From: Heptranchias perlo
Taxonomy: Eukaryota
Direction: 5' to 3'
Assembly: GCF_035084215.1 (NCBI RefSeq)
Contig: NW_027139268.1
Coordinates: 186,001 to 250,000, forward strand
DNA: 64,000 nucleotides
The stretch's first letter is position 1. Every line of letters begins with the position of its first letter. This document shows, piece by piece, positions 1-12,000 of this stretch. The notes beneath the pieces are model-generated. The model saw only the letters and a list, made by a program, of their open reading frames with translations, was not told the DNA's origin and did not search any database. The position numbers and the translations under genes were made by a program.

Positions 1-3000
1 AGTGCAGCACTCCCTCAGTACTGACCCTCCGACAGTGCAGCACTCCCTCAGTACTGCCCCTCTGACAGTGCAGCACTCCCTCAGTACTGCCCCTCCGACA
101 GTGCAGCACTCCCTCAGTACTGGCCCTTCAACAGTGCAGCGCTCCCTCAGTACTGCCCCTCCGACAGTGCAGCACTCCCTCAGTACTGACCCTCCGACAG
201 TGCAGCACTCCCTCAGTACTGCCCCTCCGACAGTGCAGCACTCCCTCAGTACTGCCCCTCTGACAGTGCAGCACTCCCTCAGTGCTGCCTCTCTGACAGT
301 GCAGCACTCTCTCAGTACTGCCCCTCCGACAGTGCAGCATTCCCTCAGTACTGCCCCTCTCACAGTGCAGCACTCCCTCAGTACTGACCCTCCGACAGTG
401 CAGCGCTCCCTCAGTACTGCCCCTCTGACAGTGCAGCACTCCCTCAGTACTGCCCCTCCGACAGTGCAGCACTCCCTCAGTACTGCCCCTCCGACAGTGC
501 AGCACTCCCTCAGTACTGACCCTCCGACAGTGCAGCGCTCCCTCAGTACTGCCCCTCTGACAGTGCAGCACTCCCTCAGTACTGCCCCTCAGTACTGCCC
601 CTCCGACAGTGCAGCACTCCCTCAGTACTGCCCCTCCGACAGTGCAGCACTCCCTCAGTACTGACCCTCTGACAGTGCAGCGCTCCCTCAGTACTGCCCC
701 TCCGACAGTGCAGCACTCCCTCAGTACTGCCCCTCCGACAGTGCAGCACTCCCTCAGTACTGCCCCTCCGACAGTGCAGCACTCCCTCAGTACTGCCCCT
801 CTCACAGTGCAGCACTCCCTCAGTACTGCCCCTCCGACAGTGCAGCACTCCCTCAGTGCTGCCCCTCTGACAGTGCAGCACTCCCTCAGTACTGCCCCTC
901 TGACAGTGCAGCACTCCCTCAGTACTGCCCCTCCGACAGTGCAGCACTCCCTCAGTACTGCCCCTCTGACAGTGCAGCACTCCCTCAGTACTGGCCCTTC
1001 AACAGTGCAGCGCTCCCTCAGTACTGCCCCTCCGACAGTGCAGCACTCCCTCAGTACTGCCCCTCCGACAGTGCAGCACTCCCTCAGTACTGGCCCTTCA
1101 ACAGTGCAGCACTCCCTCAGTACTGCCCCTCTGGCAGTGCAGCACTCCCTCAGTACTGCCCCTCTGACAGTGCAGCACTCCCTCAGTACTGCCCATCCGA
1201 CAGTGCAGCACTCCCTCAGTACTGCCCCTCCGACAGTGCAGCACTCCCTCAATACTGCCCCTCCGACAGTGCAGCACTCCCTCATTACTGCCCCTCTCAC
1301 AGTGCAGCACTCCCTCAGTACTGCCCCTCCGACAGTGCAGCACTCCCTCAGTACTGCCCCTCCGACAGTGCAGCACTCCCTCAGTACTGGCCCTTCAACA
1401 GTGCAGCGCTCCCTCAGTACTGCCCCTCCGACAGTGCAGCACTCCCTCAGTACTGCCCCTCCGACAGTGCAGCACTCCCTCAGTACTGGCCCTTCAACAG
1501 TGCAGCACTCCCTCAGTACTGCCCCTCTGACAGTGCAGCACTCCCTCAGTACTGCCCCTCTGACAGTGCAGCACTCCCTCAGTACTGCCCCTCCCACAGT
1601 GCTCTTTCCCTCAGTACTGCCCCTCCCACAGTGCTCTTTCCCTCAGTACTGCCCCTCCCACAGTGCTCTCTCCCTCAGTACTGCCCCTCCGACAGTGCAG
1701 CACTCCCTCAGTACTGGCCCTTCAACAGTGCAGCGCTCCCTCAGTACTGCCCCTCCGACAGTGCAGCACTCCCTCAGTACTGGCCCTTCAACAGTGCAGC
1801 ACTCCCTCAGTACTGCCCCTCTGGCAGTGCAGCACTCCCTCAATACTGCCCCTCCGACAGTGCAGCACTCCCTCATTACTGCCCCTCTCACAGTGCAGCA
1901 CTCCCTCAGTACTGCCCCTCCGACAGTGCAGCACTCCCTCAGTACTGCCCCTCCGACAGTGCAGCACTCCCTCAGTACTGGCCCTTCAACAGTGCAGCGC
2001 TCCCTCAGTACTGCCCCTCCGACAGTGCAGCACTCCCTCAGTACTGGCCCTTCAACAGTGCAGCGCTCCCTCAGTACTGCCCCTCCGACAGTGCAGCACT
2101 CCCTCAGTACTGCCCCTCTGACAGTGCAGCACTCCCTCAGTACTGCCCCTCTCACAGTGCAGCACTCCCTCAATACTGCCCCTCCGACAGTGCAGCACTC
2201 CCTCAGTACTGCCCCTCTGACAGTGCAGCACTCCCTCAGTACTGACCCTCCGACAGTGCAGCACTCCCTCAGTACTGACCCTCCGACAGTGCAGCACTCC
2301 CTCAGTACTGCCCCTCTGACAGTGCAGCACTCCCTCAGTACTGCCCCTCTGACAGTGCAGCACTCCCTCAGTACTGACCCTCCGACAGTGCAGCACTCCC
2401 TCAATACTGCCCCTCTGACAGTGCAGCACTCCCTCAGTACTGCCCCTCCGACAGTGCAGCACTCCCTCAGTACTGCCCCTCTGACAGTGCAGCGCTCCCT
2501 CAGTACTGCCCCTCCGACAGTGCAGCACTCCCTCAGTAATGCCCCTCCGACAGTGCAGCGCTCCCTCAGTACTGGGCCTCCAACAGTGCAGCACTCCCTC
2601 AGTACTGCCCCTCTGGCAGTGCAGCACTCCCTCAGTACTGCCCCTCTGACAGTGCAGCACTCCCTCAGTACTGCCCATCCGACAGTGCAGCACTCCCTCA
2701 GTACTGCCCCTCCGACAGTGCAGCACTCCCTCAATACTGCCCCTCCGACAGTGCAGCACTCCCTCATTACTGCCCCTCTCACAGTGCAGCACTCCCTCAG
2801 TACTGCCCCTCTGACAGTGCAGCACTCCCTCAGTACTGCCCCTCAGTACTGCCCATCCGACAGTGTAGCACTCCCTCAGTACTGCCCCTCTGACAGTGCA
2901 GCACTCCCTCAGTACTGCCGCTCCCACATGCAGCACTCCCTCAGTACTGACCCTCCGACAGTGCAGCACTCCCTCAGTACTGCCCCTCTGACAGTGCAGC

Positions 3001-6000
3001 ACTCCCTCAGTACTGCCCCTCTGACAGTGCAGCACTCCCTCAGTACTGACCCTCTGACAGTGCAGCACTCCCTCAGTAGTGACCCTCCGACAGTGCAGCA
3101 CTCCCTCAGTACTGCCCCTCTGACAGTGCAGCACTCCCTCAGTGCTGCCCCTCCGACAGTGCAGCACTCCCTCAGTACTGGCCCTTCAACAGTGCAGCGC
3201 TCCCTCAGTACTGCCCCTCCGACAGTGCAGCACTCCCTCAGTACTGACCCTCCGACAGTGCAGCACTCCCTCAGTACTGCCCCTCCGACAGTGCAGCACT
3301 CCCTCAGTACTGCCCCTCTGACAGTGCAGCACTCCCTCAGTGCTGCCTCTCTGACAGTGCAGCACTCTCTCAGTACTGCCCCTCCGACAGTGCAGCACTC
3401 CCTCAGTACTGCCCCTCTCACAGTGCAGCACTCCCTCAGTACTGACCCTCCGACAGTGCAGCGCTCCCTCAGTACTGCCCCTCTGACAGTGCAGCACTCC
3501 CTCAGTACTGCCCCTCCGACAGTGCAGCACTCCCTCAGTACTGCCCCTCCGACAGTGCAGCACTCCCTCAGTACTGACCCTCCGACAGTGCAGCGCTCCC
3601 TCAGTACTGCCCCTCTGACAGTGCAGCACTCCCTCAGTACTGCCCCTCAGTACTGCCCCTCCGACAGTGCAGCACTCCCTCAGTACTGCCCCTCCGACAG
3701 TGCAGCACTCCCTCAGTACTGACCCTCTGACAGTGCAGCGCTCCCTCAGTACTGCCCCTCCGACAGTGCAGCACTCCCTCAGTACTGCCCCTCCGACAGT
3801 GCAGCACTCCCTCAGTACTGCCCCTCCGACAGTGCAGCACTCCCTCAGTACTGCCCCTCTCACAGTGCAGCACTCCCTCAGTACTGCCCCTCCGACAGTG
3901 CAGCGCTCCCTCAGTACTGCCCCTCCGACAGTGCATCACTCCCTCAGTACTGCCCCTCCGACAGTGCATCACTCCCTCAGTACTGGCCCTTCAACAGTGC
4001 AGCGCTCCCTCAGTACTGCCCCTCCGACAGTGCAGCACTCCCTCAGTACTGCCCCTCCGACAGTGCAGCACTCCCTCAGTACTGGCCCTTCAACAGTGCA
4101 GCACTCCCTCAGTACTGCCCCTCCGACAGTGCAGCACTCCCTCAGTACTGCCCCTCCGACAGTGCAGCACTCCCTCAGTACTGCCCCTCTCACAGTGCAG
4201 CACTCCCTCAGTACTGCCCCTCTGACAGTGCAGCACTCCCTCAGTACTGCCCCTCCCACAGTGCTCTTTCCCTCAGTACTGCCCCTCCCACAGTGCTCTC
4301 TCCCTCAGTACTGCCCCTCCGACAGTGCAGCACTCCCTCAGTACTGGCCCTTCAACAGTGCAGCGCTCCATCAGTACTGCCCCTCCGACAGTGCAGCACT
4401 CCCTCAGTACTGCCCCTCCGACAGTGCAGCACTCCCTCAGTACTGGCCCTTCAACAGTGCAGCACTCCCTCAGTACTGCCCCTCTGGCAGTGCAGCACTC
4501 CCTCAATACTGCCCCTCCGACAGTGCAGCACTCCCTCATTACTGCCCCTCTCACAGTGCAGCACTCCCTCAGTACTGCCCCTCCGACAGTGCAGCACTCC
4601 CTCAGTACTGCCCCTCCGACAGTGCAGCACTCCCTCAGTACTGGCCCTTCAACAGTGCAGCGCTCCCTCAGTACTGCCCCTCCGACAGTGCAGCACTCCC
4701 TCAGTACTGGCCCTTCAACAGTGCAGCGCTCCCTCAGTACTGCCCCTCCGACAGTGCAGCACTCCCTCAGTACTGCCCCTCCGACAGTGCAGCACTCCCT
4801 CAGTACTGCCCCTCTGACAGTGCAGCACTCCCTCAGTACTGCCCCTCTCACAGTGCAGCACTCCCTCAATACTGCCCCTCCGACAGTGCAGCACTCCCTC
4901 AGTACTGCCCCTCTGACAGTGCAGCACTCCCTCAGTACTGACCCTCCGACAGTGCAGCACTCCCTCAGTACTGACCCTCCGACAGTGCAGCAATCCCTCA
5001 GTACTGCCCCTCTGACAGTGCAGCACTCCCTCAGTACTGCCCCTCTGACAGTGCAGCACTCCCTCAGTACTGACCCTCCGACAGTGCAGCACTCCCTCAA
5101 TACTGCCCCTCTGACAGTGCAGCACTCCCTCAGTACTGCCCCTCCGACAGTGCAGCACTCCCTCAGTACTGCCCCTCTGACAGTGCAGCGCTCCCTCAGT
5201 ACTGCCCCTCCGACAGTGCAGCACTCCCTCAGTACTGCCCCTCCGACAGTGCAGCGCTCCCTCAGTACTGGGCCTTCAACAGTGCAGCACTCCCTCAGTA
5301 CTGCCCCTCTGGCAGTGCAGCACTCCCTCAGTACTGCCCCTCTGACAGTGCAGCACTCCCTCAGTACTGCCCATCCGACAGTGCAGCACTCCCTCAGTAC
5401 TGCCCCTCCGACAGTGCAGCACTCCCTCAATACTGCCCCTCCGACAGTGCAGCACTCCCTCATTACTGCCCCTCTCACAGTGCAGCACTCCCTCAGTACT
5501 GCCCCTCTGACAGTGCAGCACTCCCTCAGTACTGCCCCTCAGTACTGCCCATCCGACAGTGCAGCACTCCCTCAATACTGCCCCTCCGACAGTGCAGCAC
5601 TCCCTCATTACTGCCCCTCTCACAGTGCAGCACTCCCTCAGTACTGCCCCTCTGACAGTGCAGCACTCCCTCAGTACTGCCCCTCAGTACTGCCCATCCG
5701 ACAGTGTAGCACTCCCTCAGTACTGCCCCTCTGACAGTGCAGCACTCCCTCAGTACTGCCGCTCCCACATGCAGCACTCCCTCAGTACTGACCCTCCGAC
5801 AGTGCAGCACTCCCTCAGTACTGCCCCTCTGACAGTGCAGCACTCCCTCTGTACTGCCCCTCTGACAGTGCAGCACTCCCTCAGTACTGACCCTCTGACA
5901 GTGCAGCACTCCCTCAGTACTGACCCTCCGACAGTGCAGCACTCCCTCAGTACTGCCCCTCTGACAGTGCAGCACTCCCTCAGTACTGCCCCTCCGACAG

Positions 6001-9000
6001 TGCAGCACTCCCTCAGTACTGGCCCTTCAACAGTGCAGCGCTCCCTCAGTACTGCCCCTCCGACAGTGCAGCACTCCCTCAGTACTGACCCTCCGACAGT
6101 GCAGCACTCCCTCAGTACTGCCCCTCCGACAGTGCAGCACTCCCTCAGTACTGCCCCTCTGACAGTGCAGCACTCCCTCAGTGCTGCCTCTCTGACAGTG
6201 CAGCACTCTCTCAGTACTGCCCCTCCGACAGTGCAGCACTCCCTCAGTACTGCCCCTCTCACAGTGCAGCACTCCCTCAGTACTGACCCTCCGACAGTGC
6301 AGCGCTCCCTCAGTACTGCCCCTCTGACAGTGCAGCACTCCCTCAGTACTGCCCCTCCGACAGTGCAGCACTCCCTCAGTACTGCCCCTCCGACAGTGCA
6401 GCACTCCCTCAGTACTGACCCTCCGACAGTGCAGCGCTCCCTCAGTACTGCCCCTCTGACAGTGCAGCACTCCCTCAGTACTGCCCCTCAGTACTGCCCC
6501 TCCGACAGTGCAGCACTCCCTCAGTACTGCCCCTCCGACAGTGCAGCACTCCCTCAGTACTGACCCTCTGACAGTGCAGCGCTCCCTCAGTACTGCCCCT
6601 CCGACAGTGCAGCACTCCCTCAGTACTGCCCCTCCGACAGTGCAGCACTCCCTCAGTACTGCCCCTCCGACAGTGCAGCACTCCCTCAGTACTGCCCCTC
6701 TCACAGTGCAGCACTCCCTCAGTACTGCCCCTCCGACAGTGCAGCACTCCCTCAGTACTGCCCCTCTGACAGTGCAGCACTCCCTCAGTACTGCCCCTCT
6801 GACAGTGCAGCACTCCCTCAGTACTGCCCCTCCGACAGTGCAGCACTCCCTCAGTACTGCCCCTCTGACAGTGCAGCACTCCCTCAGTACTGGCCCTTCA
6901 ACAGTGCAGCGCTCCCTCAGTACTGCCCCTCCGACAGTGCAGCACTCCCTCAGTACTGGCCCTTCAACAGTGCAGCGCTCCCTCAGTACTGCCCCTCCGA
7001 CAGTGCAGCACTCCCTCAGTACTGGCCCTTCAACAGTGCAGCACTCCCTCAGTACTGCCCCTCTGGCAGTGCAGCACTCCCTCAGTACTGCCCCTCTGAC
7101 AGTGCAGCACTCCCTCAGTACTGCCCCTCTGACAGTGCAGCACTCCCTCAGTACTGCCCCTCCCACAGTGCTCTTTCCCTCAGTACTGCCCCTCCCACAG
7201 TGCTCTCTCCCTCAGTACTGCCCCTCCGACAGTGCAGCACTCCCTCAGTACTGGCCCTTCAACAGTGCAGCGCTCCATCAGTACTGCCCCTCCGACAGTG
7301 CAGCACTCCCTCAATACTGCCCCTCTGACAGTGCAGCACTCCCTCAGTACTGCCCCTCCGACAGTGCAGCACTCCCTCAGTACTGCCCCTCTGACAGTGC
7401 AGCGCTCCCTCAGTACTGCCCCTCCGACAGTGCAGCACTCCCTCAGTAATGCCCCTCCGACAGTGCAGCGCTCCCTCAGTACTGGGCCTCCAACAGTGCA
7501 GCACTCCCTCAGTACTGCCCCTCTGGCAGTGCAGCACTCCCTCAGTACTGCCCCTCTGACAGTGCAGCACTCCCTCAGTACTGCCCATCCGACAGTGCAG
7601 CACTCCCTCAGTACTGCCCCTCCGACAGTGCAGCACTCCCTCAATACTGCCCCTCCGACAGTGCAGCACTCCCTCATTACTGCCCCTCTCACAGTGCAGC
7701 ACTCCCTCAGTACTGCCCCTCTGACAGTGCAGCACTCCCTCAGTACTGCCCCTCAGTACTGCCCATCCGACAGTGTAGCACTCCCTCAGTACTGCCCCTC
7801 TGACAGTGCAGCACTCCCTCAGTACTGCCGCTCCCACATGCAGCACTCCCTCAGTACTGACCCTCCGACAGTGCAGCACTCCCTCAGTACTGCCCCTCTG
7901 ACAGTGCAGCACTCCCTCTGTACTGCCCCTCTGACAGTGCAGCACTCCCTCAGTACTGACCCTCTGACAGTGCAGCACTCCCTCAGTAGTGACCCTCCGA
8001 CAGTGCAGCACTCCCTCAGTACTGCCCCTCTGACAGTGCAGCACTCCCTCAGTGCTGCCCCTCCGACAGTGCAGCACTCCCTCAGTACTGGCCCTTCAAC
8101 AGTGCAGCGCTCCCTCAGTACTGCCCCTCCGACAGTGCAGCACTCCCTCAGTACTGACCCTCCGACAGTGCAGCACTCCCTCAGTACTGCCCCTCCGACA
8201 GTGCAGCACTCCCTCAGTACTGCCCCTCTGACAGTGCAGCACTCCCTCAGTGCTGCCTCTCTGACAGTGCAGCACTCTCTCAGTACTGCCCCTCCGACAG
8301 TGCAGCACTCCCTCAGTACTGCCCCTCTCACAGTGCAGCACTCCCTCAGTACTGACTCTCCGACAGTGCAGCGCTCCCTCAGTACTGCCCCTCTGACAGT
8401 GCAGCACTCCCTCAGTACTGCCCCTCCGACAGTGCAGCACTCCCTCAGTACTGCCCCTCCGACAGTGCAGCACTCCCTCAGTACTGACCCTCCGACAGTG
8501 CAGCGCTCCCTCAGTACTGCCCCTCTGACAGTGCAGCACTCCCTCAGTACTGCCCCTCAGTACTGCCCCTCCGACAGTGCAGCACTCCCTCAGTACTGCC
8601 CCTCCGACAGTGCAGCACTCCCTCAGTACTGACCCTCTGACAGTGCAGCGCTCCCTCAGTACTGCCCCTCCGACAGTGCAGCACTCCCTCAGCACTGCCC
8701 CTCCGACAGTGCAGCACTCCCTCAGTACTGCCCCTCCGACAGTGCAGCACTCCCTCAGTACTGCCCCTCTCACAGTGCAGCACTCCCTCAGTACTGCCCC
8801 TCCGACAGTGCAGCGCTCCCTCAGTACTGCCCCTCCGACAGTGCATCACTCCCTCAGTACTGCCCCTCCGACAGTGCATCACTCCCTCAGTACTGGCCCT
8901 TCAACAGTGCAGCGCTCCCTCAGTACTGCCCCTCCGACAGTGCAGCACTCCCTCAGTACCGCCCCTCCAACAGTGCAGCACTCCCTCAGTACTGGCCCTT

Positions 9001-12000
9001 CAACAGTGCAGCACTCCCTCAGTACTGCCCCTCCGACAGTGCAGCACTCCCTCAGTACTGCCCCTCCGACAGTGCAGCACTCCCTCAGTACTGCCCCTCT
9101 CACAGTGCAGCACTCCCTCAGTACTGCCCCTCTGACAGTGCAGCACTCCCTCAGTACTGCCCCTCCCACAGTGCTCTTTCCCTCAGTACTGCCCCTCCCA
9201 CAGTGCTCTCTCCCTCAGTACTGCCCCTCCGACAGTGCAGCACTCCCTCAGTACTGGCCCTTCAACAGTGCAGCGCTCCATCAGTACTGCCCCTCCGACA
9301 GTGCAGCACTCCCTCAGTACTGCCCCTCCGACAGTGCAGCACTCCCTCAGTACTGGCCCTTCAACAGTGCAGCACTCCCTCAGTACTGCCCCTCTGGCAG
9401 TGCAGCACTCCCTCAATACTGCCCCTCCGACAGTGCAGCACTCCCTCATTACTGCCCCTCTCACAGTGCAGCACTCCCTCAGTACTGCCCCTCCGACAGT
9501 GCAGCACTCCCTCAGTACTGCCCCTCCGACAGTGCAGCACTCCCTCAGTACTGGCCCTTCAACAGTGCAGCGCTCCCTCAGTACTGCCCCTCCGACAGTG
9601 CAGCACTCCCTCAGTACTGGCCCTTCAACAGTGCAGCGCTCCCTCAGTACTGCCCCTCCGACAGTGCAGCACTCCCTCAGTACTGCCCCTCCGACAGTGC
9701 AGCACTCCCTCAGTACTGCCCCTCTGACAGTGCAGCACTCCCTCAGTACTGCCCCTCTCACAGTGCAGCACTCCCTCAATACTGCCCCTCCGACAGTGCA
9801 GCACTCCCTCAGTACTGCCCCTCTGACAGTGCAGCACTCCCTCAGTACTGACCCTCCGACAGTGCAGCACTCCCTCAGTACTGACCCTCCGACAGTGCAG
9901 CAATCCCTCAGTACTGCCCCTCTGACAGTGCAGCACTCCCTCAGTACTGCCCCTCTGACAGTGCAGCACTCCCTCAGTACTGACCCTCCGACAGTGCAGC
10001 ACTCCCTCAATACTGCCCCTCTGACAGTGCAGCACTCCCTCAGTACTGCCCCTCCGACAGTGCAGCACTCCCTCAGTACTGCCCCTCTGACAGTGCAGCG
10101 CTCCCTCAGTACTGCCCCTCCGACAGTGCAGCACTCCCTCAGTACTGCCCCTCCGACAGTGCAGCGCTCCCTCAGTACTGGGCCTTCAACAGTGCAGCAC
10201 TCCCTCAGTACTGCCCCTCTGGCAGTGCAGCACTCCCTCAGTACTGCCCCTCTGACAGTGCAGCACTCCCTCAGTACTGCCCATCCGACAGTGCAGCACT
10301 CCCTCAGTACTGCCCCTCCGACAGTGCAGCACTCCCTCAATACTGCCCCTCCGACAGTGCAGCACTCCCTCATTACTGCCCCTCTCACAGTGCAGCACTC
10401 CCTCAGTACTGCCCCTCTGACAGTGCAGCACTCCCTCAGTACTGCCCCTCAGTACTGCCCATCCGACAGTGCAGCACTCCCTCAATACTGCCCCTCCGAC
10501 AGTGCAGCACTCCCTCATTACTGCCCCTCTCACAGTGCAGCACTCCCTCAGTACTGCCCCTCTGACAGTGCAGCACTCCCTCAGTACTGCCCCTCAGTAC
10601 TGCCCATCCGACAGTGTAGCACTCCCTCAGTACTGCCCCTCTGACAGTGCAGCACTCCCTCAGTACTGCCGCTCCCACATGCAGCACTCCCTCAGTGCTG
10701 ACCCTCCGACAGTGCAGCACTCCCTCAGTACTGCCCCTCTGACAGTGCAGCACTCCCTCTGTACTGCCCCTCTGACAGTGCAGCACTCCCTCAGTACTGA
10801 CCCTCTGACAGTGCAGCACTCCCTCAGTACTGACCCTCCGACAGTGCAGCACTCCCTCAGTACTGCCCCTCTGACAGTGCAGCACTCCCTCAGTACTGCC
10901 CCTCCGACAGTGCAGCACTCCCTCAGTACTGGCCCTTCAACAGTGCAGCGCTCCCTCAGTACTGCCCCTCCGACAGTGCAGCACTCCCTCAGTACTGACC
11001 CTCCGACAGTGCAGCACTCCCTCAGTACTGCCCCTCCGACAGTGCAGCACTCCCTCAGTACTGCCCCTCTGACAGTGCAGCACTCCCTCAGTGCTGCCTC
11101 TCTGACAGTGCAGCACTCTCTCAGTACTGCCCCTCCGACAGTGCAGCACTCCCTCAGTACTGCCCCTCTCACAGTGCAGCACTCCCTCAGTACTGACCCT
11201 CCGACAGTGCAGCGCTCCCTCAGTACTGCCCCTCTGACAGTGCAGCACTCCCTCAGTACTGCCCCTCCGACAGTGCAGCACTCCCTCAGTACTGCCCCTC
11301 CGACAGTGCAGCACTCCCTCAGTACTGACCCTCCGACAGTGCAGCGCTCCCTCAGTACTGCCCCTCTGACAGTGCAGCACTCCCTCAGTACTGCCCCTCA
11401 GTACTGCCCCTCCGACAGTGCAGCACTCCCTCAGTACTGCCCCTCCGACAGTGCAGCACTCCCTCAGTACTGACCCTCTGACAGTGCAGCGCTCCCTCAG
11501 TACTGCCCCTCCGACAGTGCAGCACTCCCTCAGTACTGCCCCTCCGACAGTGCAGCACTCCCTCAGTACTGCCCCTCCGACAGTGCAGCACTCCCTCAGT
11601 ACTGCCCCTCTCACAGTGCAGCACTCCCTCAGTACTGCCCCTCCGACAGTGCAGCACTCCCTCAGTACTGCCCCTCTGACAGTGCAGCACTCCCTCAGTA
11701 CTGCCCCTCTGACAGTGCAGCACTCCCTCAGTACTGCCCCTCCGACAGTGCAGCACTCCCTCAGTACTGGCCCTTCAACAGTGCAGCGCTCCCTCAGTAC
11801 TGCCCCTCCGACAGTGCAGCACTCCCTCAGTACTGGCCCTTCAACAGTGCAGCGCTCCCTCAGTACTGCCCCTCCGACAGTGCAGCACTCCCTCAGTACT
11901 GGCCCTTCAACAGTGCAGCACTCCCTCAGTACTGCCCCTCTGACAGTGCAGCACTCCCTCAGTACTGCCCCTCTGACAGTGCAGCACTCCCTCAGTACTG